DNA of 64,000 nt from Methylocystis sp. GTDB lineage: Bacteria; Pseudomonadota; Alphaproteobacteria; Rhizobiales; Beijerinckiaceae. The notes under the pieces are model-generated. The model saw only the letters and a list, made by a program, of their open reading frames with translations, did no database searches and was not told where the DNA came from. Where the stretch lies: assembly GCA_051061375.1 (NCBI GenBank), contig JBPFDW010000020.1, positions 139,046-203,045 on the forward strand, read 5' to 3'. The translations under genes were made by a program, and so were the position numbers. This document shows, in pieces, positions 1 through 9,855 of the stretch. Position 1 is the stretch's first letter. The number at the start of each line of letters is the position of its first letter.

Positions 1-778
1 GCGCAATTTTTCCCGCATTTCGGAAGGGATGGGCGCGCGCGAACTCACCCAGTTCATGAACGATTATTTGACGCCGATGACCGACGCCATCCTCGAAGAG
101 GAAGGGACGGTCGACAAATATATGGGCGATGCGGTGCTCGCCTTCTGGAACGCGCCGCTCGACACCGACGACCATCCGCGCAAGGCGGTTCGGGCCGCGC
201 TGATGATGCGCGACGCTCTGATCGGTCTCAACAAGCGGCGCGCCGCGGCGGCCGCGGCGTCGGGCCAGGACGTCCAGCCGGCGGCGATGGGGCTCGGCCT
301 CCATCTCGGACCGTGCAGCGTCGGCAATATGGGGTCGCTCCGCCGCTTCGACTATTCGATCCTCGGCGACACGGTGAACCTGGCCTCAAGACTCGAAGGC
401 GCAAGCAAGGCCTTTCAGACCGACATTGTCGCGTCGGGCGCCGTGCGCGACGCGGCGCCGGATTTCGCCTGGATCGATCTGGGGCGAGTCCGGGTGGTCG
501 GGAAAAGCGAGGCGACGGAAGTTTTCGCGATTGCCGGCGACGGCGACGTAGCCGGTTCCGACTCGTATGTGCGCTGGCGCAACTCGCATGATCTCATGCG
601 CCAGGAGTATGAGTCGGGCAGATTCGACGCCGCCGCCGAGCGCGCTTCGGCTCTGGGGCGCTCGGTTCCCGAGCCCTGGCCCGCGCTCTATGCCGCCCTG
701 GAGGAGCGATATCGGACGCTGGCGCGGGAGGGGTTGCAGGTTAACTGGTCTTCGGTATGGACTCTTTCGAGCAAGTGA
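1..778 (+). CDS. Class III adenylate/guanylate cyclase, C-terminal part (5' end lies before the window)
   Basis: Motifs DKYMGDA and GNMGS..RFDYSILGDTVNLASRLEG; frame is open upstream of ATG 29 (RNFSRISEG). Confidence 0.9.
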   Translation, partial: RNFSRISEGMGARELTQFMNDYLTPMTDAILEEEGTVDKYMGDAVLAFWNAPLDTDDHPRKAVRAALMMRDALIGLNKRRAAAAAASGQDVQPAAMGLGLHLGPCSVGNMGSLRRFDYSILGDTVNLASRLEGASKAFQTDIVASGAVRDAAPDFAWIDLGRVRVVGKSEATEVFAIAGDGDVAGSDSYVRWRNSHDLMRQEYESGRFDAAAERASALGRSVPEPWPALYAALEERYRTLAREGLQVNWSSVWTLSSK

Positions 779-855
779 CGTTTTCGTCCGAGCGCGACAG
801 CTTTCAGCCGTGTATCCGCACGCGTTACGTCTTCTCTCAGGATCGCTACTCGCGC

Positions 856-1542
856 ATGATCTCAAATCCGGTACAGACTTATTGGGACCTGATCGCATCG
901 CGTCACGACCCGAACGCTTTTACGACGCTGGACGCCGCCTATCGCGAACCGCAACGCGGATATCACGATTGGAGCCATATCGGCGATTTGCTGACGAAGC
1001 TCGACCAACTTAGGTCGGTCGCCGTGCGGCCGGACCTGATCGCCGCCGCGATCTTCTGGCACGACGCGGTTTACGTCACCCGCGACGGCGACGGCCTGCT
1101 TCGTCCCGACGCTGAAAATGTTCGCGCCAGCGCCGAGCTGTTCGAGCGCCATTCCAGATTCGATCCGATCGAATCCGCCGCCATTCGCGATCTGGTCATG
1201 GCGACGGCGAATCACCTTACCGCGCGCGCATCGACCGAACATTATCCCGGCTTCGCCCGCGACCTCGATCTGTTCCTCGATCTCGATCTCTCCTCGCTCG
1301 GCGCGCCGTGGCCGATATTCGCGAGAAATCTCGAACAGCTTCGCTTCGAATATGACTGGGTGCCCGAGCCGCTGTTCTGCCTCGGCCGACTGCAGATGAT
1401 CGACACATTCGCCGCGCGCGGCGACGCGCTCTACAGGCGTAAAGAGACGCGCAAGCTCTGGAACCAGCGCGCGCACGAAAATCTTACGCGCGCGCAGGAC
1501 GAATTGCGCCGGCAGGTGGCGCGGCTCGCCTCGTCGGCCTAG
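856..1542 (+). CDS. Predicted HD-superfamily metal-dependent phosphohydrolase (COG4339-like)
   Basis: AY.EP.R.YH..SHI, AIFWHDAVY and FLDLDLS.LG motifs; start could be 757 or 856. Confidence 0.8.
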   Translation: MISNPVQTYWDLIASRHDPNAFTTLDAAYREPQRGYHDWSHIGDLLTKLDQLRSVAVRPDLIAAAIFWHDAVYVTRDGDGLLRPDAENVRASAELFERHSRFDPIESAAIRDLVMATANHLTARASTEHYPGFARDLDLFLDLDLSSLGAPWPIFARNLEQLRFEYDWVPEPLFCLGRLQMIDTFAARGDALYRRKETRKLWNQRAHENLTRAQDELRRQVARLASSA

Positions 1543-1621
1543 CTAGCTGCGGGCCTTTCGGCAGGCCGAGCGCCGCGCGACCTGCGCGCGAAGCCAAACG
1601 CTAAACGCCATTCGCATGTCA

Positions 1622-1737
1622 TAGAGCGCGCTGCGAAAAAGTGGGAACCGGTTTTTCGCATAGAGCGCGCTCTAAACTATTGGAATCGATCACGTCATCT
1701 GCGTTTAGGCGATTCCGCCTAAACGCAGCGTGATCTA
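1622..1737 (+). repeat. 116-bp palindromic MITE-like repeat, family A, copy 1
   Basis: TAGAGCGCG...GTGATCTA, TA at both ends, two internal hairpins; homologous copies at 25661, 31432, 33494 and 44441. Confidence 0.9.
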
Positions 1738-2028
1738 GAGCGCGTTGTGGCAGGCCGGATCGGCGAGTCCGCGACAGTCCTGCGCGCGGTCCGACTGGGC
1801 GACAGCCGCCGGCTCGGCCCAGTCGATTGGAAGAATGAAGGGCCTGACCGACTGGCCGGCGACGACGCGGGCGGGTTGCGGTTGCGGCGCCTTGACGCGC
1901 AGCGCCTTGGCGGCGGCGAAGCCGGCATTGGCGGCGAGAATCGCGAAGGCGATTTTCATGGCGAGACCGACGCGCACGGGTCGCGACGCGAAACCGGGTT
2001 TGGCGACGCCGTTGATCCTGCGGTTCAT
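1735..2028 (-). CDS. Hypothetical small membrane/exported protein
   Basis: 97-aa ORF with G-rich RBS and a hydrophobic stretch; its TAG coincides with the end of the repeat. Confidence 0.5.
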   Translation of the reverse strand: MNRRINGVAKPGFASRPVRVGLAMKIAFAILAANAGFAAAKALRVKAPQPQPARVVAGQSVRPFILPIDWAEPAAVAQSDRAQDCRGLADPACHNAL

Positions 2029-2192
2029 TTAATTTCCCCCCGTTGGCGGAGCCGATCTGGCGCTTGGGCCTCTCCGCTCCCTTAAGCGGACGATCGGACC
2101 CTAGGCCGCCCGCGCGGGGGGCGCGGTGCGCTGGCGCACAGGGCGCCAGATACGAGAACTCCCGGCCTTGTGTGGCCGGGAGCCCCATCTCG

Positions 2193-2915
2193 CTAGACGT
2201 CGAATCCGCCGTCGCCGCCGCTGTCGAAGCCGCCGTCAAACCCGCCGCCATCGTCGTAGCCGGGGTCGTAGTCGGCCTCTTGCGCGCCCGATGGGTCGTA
2301 GCCGGCGTCGGTCGCGCCCGACTGGTCGCCGTAATAGTTGTTGACGATCGTATCGCCGCCGGTCGGCGTGAAACCGGAGCCGATGCCGAGATTCGCCATG
2401 CCGCCATAGCCGGCGCCATGGGTGAACAGGCTGCGGATGCCGTCGGCGAGCAGAACGCCGCCCGCGACGCCCGCGGCGGTTCCAAGAGCGCCCCTCAGGA
2501 AGCCGCCGCCGTCAGAGGCGGGCGGCTGCTGCTGTCCCCAGCCTTGCGGGGCGTAACCGCCGGCCACGGGATTCATGCCCGGCTGCTGGCCCCAGGGGCC
2601 GCTCGGACGGGCCTGCTGCGGCATGGGCCGCTGCGGCGCCGGGCGGGGTCCCCCGAAGAGGCCGCCAAGGAAGCCGCCGGCGGGCTTCGATTCAAGCTCC
2701 TGCACGCGCGCCTCGAGTTCTTCGATGCGCGCATTGGCGCCTTGCAGCGCCTGGTCCTGCACGATCACGGTCTGCGCCAGGAGATAGGGCGCCGCCGGCT
2801 GGGCCTTGACCTGTTCGTTGATGAAAGCTTCCGCCTCCTGGTCGCGCGGCGTCGAGGCGGCGCTCTTCGTGCGCTCGAACAGACCAGCGATGAGTTGGCG
2901 TTCTTCCGGTGACAT
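2193..2915 (-). CDS. DUF2076 family protein
   Basis: MSPEERQLI.GLF.R, P.APY.LAQTV.VQ, GGGFL.GAL.TAAGVAGG and an acidic Gly/Asp tail. Confidence 0.85.
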   Translation of the reverse strand: MSPEERQLIAGLFERTKSAASTPRDQEAEAFINEQVKAQPAAPYLLAQTVIVQDQALQGANARIEELEARVQELESKPAGGFLGGLFGGPRPAPQRPMPQQARPSGPWGQQPGMNPVAGGYAPQGWGQQQPPASDGGGFLRGALGTAAGVAGGVLLADGIRSLFTHGAGYGGMANLGIGSGFTPTGGDTIVNNYYGDQSGATDAGYDPSGAQEADYDPGYDDGGGFDGGFDSGGDGGFDV

Positions 2916-3092
2916 AGGTTTCTCCATCGTCGCCGCCCTTTGAAGGCGCGGCGCAGATCATATGGCCCCGCCGCGAAAGGCCGCCAAGGCCCAGGCGCAA
3001 GCCGAGCCGATTAAACTTTCGACATCTCTTCCGTTCACATCTCATCGGGCGGGAGAAACGGAAGTCGACAAGCGCTTCCGTTTCGAGCCGTG

Positions 3093-3482
3093 CTAAGACG
3101 CGAACCGTGCAGCGGTTTCAGGACTGGGGACCGGGCCGGAAACTGTCCATAATCGCGCGCCGGCGTTGAGCATCTGCTGCGCGTCGGTGAACAGGCGGCG
3201 CGTATCCTCGGTCGTCAGTTCGACGTGTTTGCTCGTCCATTCCTGCAACGCGCTCGCGGTGTCGGAGAGCGAGCGCGACGCCGTCAGTTTCGAGGCAAGC
3301 TCGGCGGTCAGGGCCGCTTCCTGCTGCATGCGCGCCAGCCAGACGCGATTGGCGTCCTGCAGACAATCCCAAATCTCGTCTCGCGCCTCGGTGAAATCTT
3401 CCAGTCGCCGCAGGCCGTCCGCCGCTTCGGCCGTTGCGCCGGCCTGCGGGGTTTCAATACGCCGCTCTTCCTGCTGGGTCAT
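3093..3482 (-). CDS. Phasin-like protein
   Basis: Helical protein with W..R.Q.E....ELASKL...RS......L.EW pattern; GGAG RBS. Confidence 0.6.
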   Translation of the reverse strand: MTQQEERRIETPQAGATAEAADGLRRLEDFTEARDEIWDCLQDANRVWLARMQQEAALTAELASKLTASRSLSDTASALQEWTSKHVELTTEDTRRLFTDAQQMLNAGARLWTVSGPVPSPETAARFAS

Positions 3483-3698
3483 GCGCGTCTCTCCGTCTTC
3501 GTTTGAAACGCCAGCGCCCCCAGGGGGACTATATACGACGGTCATTCGGAATGTCTGTGACGACCGTCATTTTTCGGCGCGCCGCCGGCTGGCTCGACAA
3601 GCGGCGGGCTTTCGGATATGGAGCGGGCCTCAACTAGAACAGCGTCCCGAAACGCTCGTCGGCCCGAAAGGTAAGACGAAACGGCAGGAGTTTTTGTG

Positions 3699-4070
3699 AT
3701 GAACATTATCGAGCAGCTCGAGGCGGAACATGCCGCCAAGCTCATCGACGGCAAGAATATCCCGGAGTTTCGTCCGGGCGATACGGTCATCGTCAACGTC
3801 AAGGTGAAGGAAGGCGAGCGCTCGCGCGTGCAAGCCTATGAAGGCGTCGTCATCTCCCGCCAGGGCGGCGGGCTGAACGAGAGCTTCACCGTCCGCAAGA
3901 TTTCCTATGGCGAGGGCGTCGAGCGCGTGTTCCCGCTTCACGGGCCGCTGATCGACTCGATCAAGCTCGTGCGCCGCGGCAAGGTGCGCCGCGCCAAGCT
4001 CTATTATCTGCGCGACCGCCGGGGCAAATCCGCCCGCATCGCCGAGCGCGTCGAGACGAAGAAAGCGTAG
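3699..4070 (+). CDS. rplS: 50S ribosomal protein L19
   Basis: [27 protein letters not shown] and [14 protein letters not shown]. Confidence 0.98.
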   Translation: MNIIEQLEAEHAAKLIDGKNIPEFRPGDTVIVNVKVKEGERSRVQAYEGVVISRQGGGLNESFTVRKISYGEGVERVFPLHGPLIDSIKLVRRGKVRRAKLYYLRDRRGKSARIAERVETKKA

Positions 4071-4138
4071 CGAAAATAAAGCCAGCGATCTGGACGGGGA
4101 GCCGCTCGCAGCCGCAAGGTTTCGGGCGGTTTTTGCGT

Positions 4139-4552
4139 TCAGCTCTCCAGCGGCGCGTTGAGGATCCAGCGGTGGCCGAAGGGGTCGCGCAGGGAGGCGT
4201 AGCGCGTTCCCCAGAAGGAATTGGTCGGCGCCGTCTCGATCTTGCCGCCAAGCTTGGTCACGCGGGAACAGATGTCGTCGACTTCCTGCGCCCTGTCATA
4301 TTCGAGGCTGATGGAGATGGTCGAGTGCTCGCCGGGCATCGGCACGCGGGTCTGGCCGAATTCCGGAAAGACGTCGGCGAGCATCACCGAGCCGCCGTTG
4401 ATCAGGAGCTCGCAATGAGCGATGCGCAGCCCGTCGACGGACGGCATGAGGGCGCGCTGCTTGGCGTCGAAGGCGCCGGTGTAAAAGGCGATCGCTGCCG
4501 CGGCGGGGCTGACGGTCAAATAGGGCGCGACCCTCGGACGTGGCTGTTTCAT
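4139..4552 (-). CDS. VOC/glyoxalase (PhnB-like) protein
   Basis: VAPYLTV..A..AI.FY..AF.A and FWG.RYA.L.DPFGH.W; ATG overlaps the upstream stop (TGATG). Confidence 0.85.
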   Translation of the reverse strand: MKQPRPRVAPYLTVSPAAAAIAFYTGAFDAKQRALMPSVDGLRIAHCELLINGGSVMLADVFPEFGQTRVPMPGEHSTISISLEYDRAQEVDDICSRVTKLGGKIETAPTNSFWGTRYASLRDPFGHRWILNAPLES

Positions 4553-5562
4553 CAAATTTCCTCCGCCGGGGCGTGCAGCGGATCGCCCCATTCCTTTCTT
4601 CGAATCTTTTCGTAGCGCGGCTTGTCGCGCTTGGGAATGAATGTCTCTCGGAATGCTTTATCGGCGCAGAGTTTTAGGGAAACGCCCGCCTTGCCAGCGC
4701 GCGGCGGAGCGATAATCCGCGCCCAAGGGGGACCGGCCGCCGCAACCCGCGCGACGGCGAGATAGGCGAATTTTTCGTCTTCGAACGGCGCGTCGGCGCC
4801 CTTCACCAGCCGATGCGCGCGCCGCCGGGGCAGCCGGACCGAGAAATGGCACCAGTCGGGCGCCGGCAAGGGGCAGGGCGCCTGATGCGGACAGGGCGCG
4901 ATGATATGCGCGCCGAGCGCCAGGAGCCGGCGCCGGACCTCCATCAGACGGGCATGGTCGCGCGGCGTTCCCGGCTCGACGACGACCATCGCGCCGGAGG
5001 TCAGCGCCCAAAGCCGCTCGGCGACGGCCGCCAGTTCGGTTTCCGCGATTTCGGTCAGCGCATAGCCGGCGACGACGAGGTCGAAGGGGTCGGCGTCGAT
5101 CGCGCGCGGCGCGGCCAAATCGACCAAGTCGGCCTGGATCGGCTCGATCGCGGCGGGAGGGCCGCCGTCCCGCATCAGCCCGGCCGCGAGGCGCAAAAAC
5201 AGCGCGCTGCGGTCGAGGAGCGCGACCTCGTCGATTTCCGGCCACGCCGTGGCCGCGGCGCAGGCGGCGGCGCCGAGGCCGCAGCCCACATCGAGCATTC
5301 GCCTCGGCGCGAAATCATGGCGTTCCTCCCTGAGCCGTCCGAGCGCCGTTACGATCGCGGCATAGGTCGCCGGCATGCGCGTCGCCGCATAGGCCAAAGC
5401 GTCGGCCTCGTCGCGGATCGTCTCGAGCGTCGGCTGGCGCGCCCGATAACGCTCCGAGAGCCGCCGGGCGCTTTCGCGCAGCGTGGCTTGCGCGCGGCCT
5501 TCGAGACGCGCCTCGATCGCGGCCGCGAGCGGCGCGGGAAGTTCCGGCGGGGGCAGGCTCAC
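4552..5562 (-). CDS. Rsm22-family SAM-dependent methyltransferase
   Basis: AYAATRMPATYAA, LDVGCGLG, VEPGTP, APCPH..CP....WCHFS and EDEKFAYL. Confidence 0.85.
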   Translation of the reverse strand: MSLPPPELPAPLAAAIEARLEGRAQATLRESARRLSERYRARQPTLETIRDEADALAYAATRMPATYAAIVTALGRLREERHDFAPRRMLDVGCGLGAAACAAATAWPEIDEVALLDRSALFLRLAAGLMRDGGPPAAIEPIQADLVDLAAPRAIDADPFDLVVAGYALTEIAETELAAVAERLWALTSGAMVVVEPGTPRDHARLMEVRRRLLALGAHIIAPCPHQAPCPLPAPDWCHFSVRLPRRRAHRLVKGADAPFEDEKFAYLAVARVAAAGPPWARIIAPPRAGKAGVSLKLCADKAFRETFIPKRDKPRYEKIRRKEWGDPLHAPAEEI

Positions 5563-5642
5563 CAGGGCCTCGGGCAGGGACGCTCTTCCATGGCGCTTGC
5601 GTTACGGATAGAAAACCCTCAATTCAATAGGAATGAATCTCG

Positions 5643-5766
5643 CCTCCCGCTTGAAGGGGAGGTCGCGCGGCGAAGCGGCGCGGGAGGGGTCGACGCCCCC
5701 GAGATCGCAAAAGTTCACCCCACCCCGCATTGCCCTGCAATGCGACTCTCTCCCTAAACGGGAGGG
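5643..5766. repeat. REP/RIME-like palindromic repeat, family B
   Basis: Terminal hairpins CCTCCC-GCTTGAAG-GGGAGG and CTCTCTCCCTAAACGGGAGGG; same architecture as 24273-24397. Confidence 0.75.
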
Positions 5767-5792
5767 CAGGGACATGAGGCAGCAGAAGACTT

Positions 5793-7208
5793 ATGGCATC
5801 GAACGCCGCGCCCCGCACGCTCTACGACAAAATCTGGGACGACCATGTCGTCGACCGCCAGGACGACGGCGCGTGCCTGCTCTACATCGATCGCCATCTC
5901 GTGCATGAGGTGACGAGCCCGCAGGCGTTCGAGGGCCTGCGCATGGCGGGACGCACGGTGCGCGCGCCGCAAAAGACGCTCGCCGTCGTCGATCACAATG
6001 TGCCGACCACCGACCGTTCGCTGCCGATCGAGGATCAGGAGAGCAAGGCGCAGGTGGAGCAGCTCGCGATCAACGCCAAGGAATTCGGCGTCGAATATTT
6101 CAACGAGCACGACAAGCGGCAGGGCGTCGTGCACATCATCGGGCCGGAGCAGGGCTTCACGCTCCCCGGAATGACCATCGTCTGCGGCGACAGCCACACT
6201 TCGACGCATGGCGCCTTTGGCGCGCTGGCGCATGGCATCGGCACGTCGGAGGTCGAGCATGTGCTGGCGACGCAAACGCTGATCCAGAAGAAGGCCGCCA
6301 ATATGCTGGTGCAGGTCGACGGCAAGCTCGCCGACGGCGCCACGGCGAAAGACATCATCCTCGCCATCATCGGCGAAATCGGCACGGCCGGCGGCACCGG
6401 ACATGTCATCGAATATGCCGGCGAAGCGATCAGCGACCTTTCCATGGAAGGGCGCATGACCGTCTGCAACATGTCGATCGAAGGCGGCGCCCGCGCCGGC
6501 CTTGTCGCCCCGGACGAGAAGACTTTCGCCTATCTCAAGGATCGCCCCAAGGGCCCGAAAGGCGCGGCCTTCGACGAGGCGCTGCGCTATTGGGAGACGC
6601 TGTTCTCGGACGAAGGCGCGCATTTCGACAAGATCATCAGGCTCGACGCGAGCAGACTGCCGCCGATCGTGACCTGGGGAACGTCGCCTGAAGACGTGGC
6701 GACGGTCGACGGCTTCGTGCCCAAGCCCGAGAGCGCCAAGTCGCCGCAAAAGCGCGCGGCGATCGAACGCGCGCTGGAATATATGGGCCTCAAGGGCGGC
6801 GAGCGGATGACCGACATCGAGATCGATCGCGTCTTCATCGGCTCCTGCACCAATGGCCGCATCGAAGATCTGCGCGCGGCGGCGAAGGTGGTGGAAGGCA
6901 AGAGGGTCGCCGAGCGGGTCAATGCGATGGTGGTGCCGGGCTCGGGCCTCGTTAAGGCGCAGGCCGAAGCCGAGGGCCTCGACAGAATTTTCACCGCCGC
7001 CGGCTTCGAATGGCGGGAGCCGGGCTGCTCGATGTGTCTGGCGATGAATCCCGATCGCTTGGCGCCGGGCGAGCGCTGCGCCTCGACCTCGAACCGCAAT
7101 TTCGAAGGTCGTCAGGGTTTCAAGGGCCGCACCCATCTCGTTTCGCCGGCGATGGCGGCGGCGGCGGCCATCGCCGGCCGCTTCGTCGACGTGCGCAGCT
7201 GGCGGTAG
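5793..7208 (+). CDS. leuC: 3-isopropylmalate dehydratase large subunit
   Basis: [31 protein letters not shown] and GCSMCL. Confidence 0.98.
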   Translation: MASNAAPRTLYDKIWDDHVVDRQDDGACLLYIDRHLVHEVTSPQAFEGLRMAGRTVRAPQKTLAVVDHNVPTTDRSLPIEDQESKAQVEQLAINAKEFGVEYFNEHDKRQGVVHIIGPEQGFTLPGMTIVCGDSHTSTHGAFGALAHGIGTSEVEHVLATQTLIQKKAANMLVQVDGKLADGATAKDIILAIIGEIGTAGGTGHVIEYAGEAISDLSMEGRMTVCNMSIEGGARAGLVAPDEKTFAYLKDRPKGPKGAAFDEALRYWETLFSDEGAHFDKIIRLDASRLPPIVTWGTSPEDVATVDGFVPKPESAKSPQKRAAIERALEYMGLKGGERMTDIEIDRVFIGSCTNGRIEDLRAAAKVVEGKRVAERVNAMVVPGSGLVKAQAEAEGLDRIFTAAGFEWREPGCSMCLAMNPDRLAPGERCASTSNRNFEGRQGFKGRTHLVSPAMAAAAAIAGRFVDVRSWR

Positions 7209-7236
7209 GCCGCCGGCGCCCAACGCAAACGGAAAA

Positions 7237-7524
7237 TCAGTCCTCGTCCGGACCCGGTTCTTCTTCGTCCCAATCGGGATTGCGGCGCCATTCGTCGTCG
7301 CTCCACGGACGCGAATCGCGCCAGGCGGGACCGCCGCGACCCCACCAGTCGGCCTGGGGCTGCGGATTAACGCGCTCGTCTGTCTGGTTCTGCCGTCGAT
7401 CGTCCGCCTTCTGCACGACGCCCTCAGCTGTCGGCGCAAGGCGGCCCAGGGCTGGAGCTGAAATTGCGGAGGTCACGAAGCCGACCGCGCCAAGCGCGAG
7501 CGCCGCGATCAATAGCTTGTTCAT
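7237..7524 (-). CDS. Hypothetical exported protein (Trp/Arg/Asp-rich tail)
   Basis: Signal peptide MNKLLIAALALGA..; GAGGAG RBS. Confidence 0.7.
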   Translation of the reverse strand: MNKLLIAALALGAVGFVTSAISAPALGRLAPTAEGVVQKADDRRQNQTDERVNPQPQADWWGRGGPAWRDSRPWSDDEWRRNPDWDEEEPGPDED

Positions 7525-7555
7525 GAGCGTCTCCTCTCAAATGATCCCTTGCGTG

Positions 7556-7580
7556 AACATTGCATCCCGCCGATTGTTCC
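7556..7580 (-). promoter_or_regulatory. Candidate ECF (EcfG-type) promoter GGAAC-N16-TGTT
   Basis: Motif about 30 bp upstream of ATG 7524; same motif and spacing at 49881. Confidence 0.4.
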
Positions 7581-7619
7581 GGCGCAGCCGCGCCGTTTCG
7601 CGCGCAATGTGATGGGACG

Positions 7620-8033
7620 ATGACTCGACAGGAATGGAGCCGCTTAAGACCGCCGACGCTTGCCGATATCGAAGCGCTCGCCGACGCGGCCTATGCCGCC
7701 TTGCCGCAGCGCTTCACCCGGCTCTGCCAGGGCCTCGTCATCCGCGTCGAGGATTTCCCCGACGATGAAACGCTCGACGACATGCAATGCGAGAGCGAGT
7801 TCGATCTCTTGGGTCTCTTTCGCGGACGCGGCCTGACGCAGGGCGCGCATCTTTCCGAGACCGGCGAGCCGCCGAATATGATCTGGCTCTATCGGCGGCC
7901 GATCCTCGACTATTGGGCGGACAGCGACGACACGCTCGAAGCGATCGTCACCCATGTGCTCGTGCATGAGATCGGCCATCATTTCGGCTTGACCGACGAC
8001 GATATGGAGGAGATCGAACGGCGCGCCGGATAG
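7620..8033 (+). CDS. Zincin-like metallopeptidase (Zincin_1/DUF1025)
   Basis: DLLGLF.G, I.LYRRPIL and HVLVHEIGHHFG. Confidence 0.9.
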   Translation: MTRQEWSRLRPPTLADIEALADAAYAALPQRFTRLCQGLVIRVEDFPDDETLDDMQCESEFDLLGLFRGRGLTQGAHLSETGEPPNMIWLYRRPILDYWADSDDTLEAIVTHVLVHEIGHHFGLTDDDMEEIERRAG

Positions 8034-8035
8034 GA

Positions 8036-8500
8036 TCAGGGCGCGGATTCGGCGAGCAGCGCGCCGATGATGGCGCCGAGCGCCATATCGTCTTCCTGCC
8101 CGAAGCTGTGGTGACGCATGGTTCCGTCGCGGCCGATGAGGATCACGGTCGGCGTGCCGCGCATTTCATAGCGCGCCATGGTGACGGGGATGGGGCCGTT
8201 TTCTCCCGCCTGATCGACGCCGATCGGGAAGGTCAGCCGATATTCATGGATGAAGGCTTCGAGCGACACCGGCGTCATCGCCGCGTGATGTTCGAACACC
8301 GTGTGCAGGCCGATGACGGCGAGACCGGAGTTGCGGAACAGCGCATGGGCGCGCTGCGCCTGCGGCGTGCCATGGGCGACGCAGCCGGGGCACAGCATCT
8401 GAAAGGCGTGCAGCATGACGACGCGGCCGCGCAGGCCCGAGAGCGTGATCGGCGCCGGCGTGTTGAACCATTGCGACACGGCGAGTTCCGGCGCTTGCAA
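8036..8500 (-). CDS. Redoxin (TlpA/AhpC-TSA-like thioredoxin fold)
   Basis: AFQMLCPGCV CxxC motif and GTPT..LI. Confidence 0.85.
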   Translation of the reverse strand: MQAPELAVSQWFNTPAPITLSGLRGRVVMLHAFQMLCPGCVAHGTPQAQRAHALFRNSGLAVIGLHTVFEHHAAMTPVSLEAFIHEYRLTFPIGVDQAGENGPIPVTMARYEMRGTPTVILIGRDGTMRHHSFGQEDDMALGAIIGALLAESAP

Positions 8501-8580
8501 TGATGCCTCCTTGGCGCGCCCAAGCCTTCTCGGCGCGCCCGCTTTTCAGTTAGGGCGCCGTTGGCGCGATGACATGAGGA

Positions 8581-8937
8581 TCACGTCTGTCGATCGTCAA
8601 CCGAGTCTTTCGTCATTTCGCCTTCGCGCGCGAAGGCTTCCCTTTCGAACGGAATGTTGCGGTAGGCGGCGTCGTGATCGCGCAGGCGCCACAGGTTGAT
8701 GAGATAGTCGCGCAGATAGATGAGATAGAAGCGCGCCATTCCATGCCGGTCGATCTGCTCCTGGTGAATGAGCTCATGCCGAAGGAGCGTCGGCGAGACG
8801 TCGGACTCGTCGCCCTTGAAGAGGATGGTTCGTCCCATCACCATGCCGCGATACTTGCGCGCGAGCGGCAGTTTGAAAATCCAGTGGCGATAGCGCAGGC
8901 GCGGAGAGGGGCGGGAGCGGGCTTGGCGAGATTGCAT
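8581..8937 (-). CDS. Small HExxH protein (DUF4157-like putative metallopeptidase)
   Basis: LLRHELIH.EQ and AYRNIPFEREA. Confidence 0.7.
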   Translation of the reverse strand: MQSRQARSRPSPRLRYRHWIFKLPLARKYRGMVMGRTILFKGDESDVSPTLLRHELIHQEQIDRHGMARFYLIYLRDYLINLWRLRDHDAAYRNIPFEREAFAREGEMTKDSVDDRQT

Positions 8938-8990
8938 GTGAAGCGGCCGAATTTCAGGCAGAGGCGCGAAGAGGCGCGGCGGGGCGCATC

Positions 8991-9338
8991 CTATTCGCCT
9001 TGTCCGGAACCATAACCCCCATTCCAGCCGCCATAGACGCCGCTCCAGCCGCCGCGGCTCCCTTTGTCGCCGCTATCGCCGCTCTCTGCGTGACCGCTCT
9101 TTCCGCTGTCGACGCTCCAGCTTTCGTGACCGCCCGAGCCGCCGTCGCGGCAGCGCCGCCGCGCTCCCTGCGGGGTCTGCGCCATCCAGCAGCGCTGTTG
9201 CAATCCGCCGCCCGCTAGCTTGATTTGCGCGTCGAACCGGGGCGGTCGCACAACCGACGTAGCGAAGGCCGGAACATTCGTCGCGACGCAGGACGCGAGC
9301 GCGAAAGAAACGATGACGGCTCTGGCGGGACGACGCAT
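8991..9338 (-). CDS. Hypothetical exported Gly-rich protein
   Basis: Signal peptide from MRRPARAV, CW...RRRC motif and Gly-rich tail. Confidence 0.55.
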   Translation of the reverse strand: MRRPARAVIVSFALASCVATNVPAFATSVVRPPRFDAQIKLAGGGLQQRCWMAQTPQGARRRCRDGGSGGHESWSVDSGKSGHAESGDSGDKGSRGGWSGVYGGWNGGYGSGQGE

Positions 9339-9855
9339 TCGGGATGCCTCGGAAATCGGCGCATTGCGCCAGGATGGCTTTCTGGTCGCAATGCCGGCGA
9401 TATTACGCGAACATTGCCGCGATTGCGGGAACGCATAAATAAATGGGTTCAAGACCCCGCTACGGGCCGATCGACCGACATCAGAGCGTTTCCCGATGAG
9501 TCCCACAAGCGTCCTTCGGGTCGCAGTCAGCAGCGTCGCGCTGGCGTTTTCCTGCTGCGCTCTACCCGCAATTTTCAAATCGCCTTGACGCGGCACTCCA
9601 GAAAATCAGCGGCCAACGGCCGCGCCATAGCTTCAAATGGCATGACGCTGTGTTCCTGGCCGGCGTGTGCCTACGCGCGCTCACTAAGTTCGCAATATCG
9701 TAGGGGAAGCGTGGCCTACGTCCACAATCTTTCCGCAGCGTCAGTTCCACGAATATGTTGACCGCGCTGCCAGCGACATTGACGAAAGCGTTAGACGTGT
9801 CCTATCAAAGAGACCAACAAACAATCCTTTGCTCAAGTTGCAGACGCATAACACA

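Noticed and set aside
5754-7439. 561-aa ORF antisense to leuC, and similar long shadows over nagZ, mch, ybbP and guaB
   Set aside because: Typical stop-poor antisense frames of high-GC genes; Arg/Ala-rich with no motifs.
9443-9460. GGGTTCAAGACCC resembling a tRNA T-arm or att site for the tRNA-Asn islet
   Set aside because: Only a 3-bp stem and no match to the tRNA-Asn 3' end; no att duplication found.
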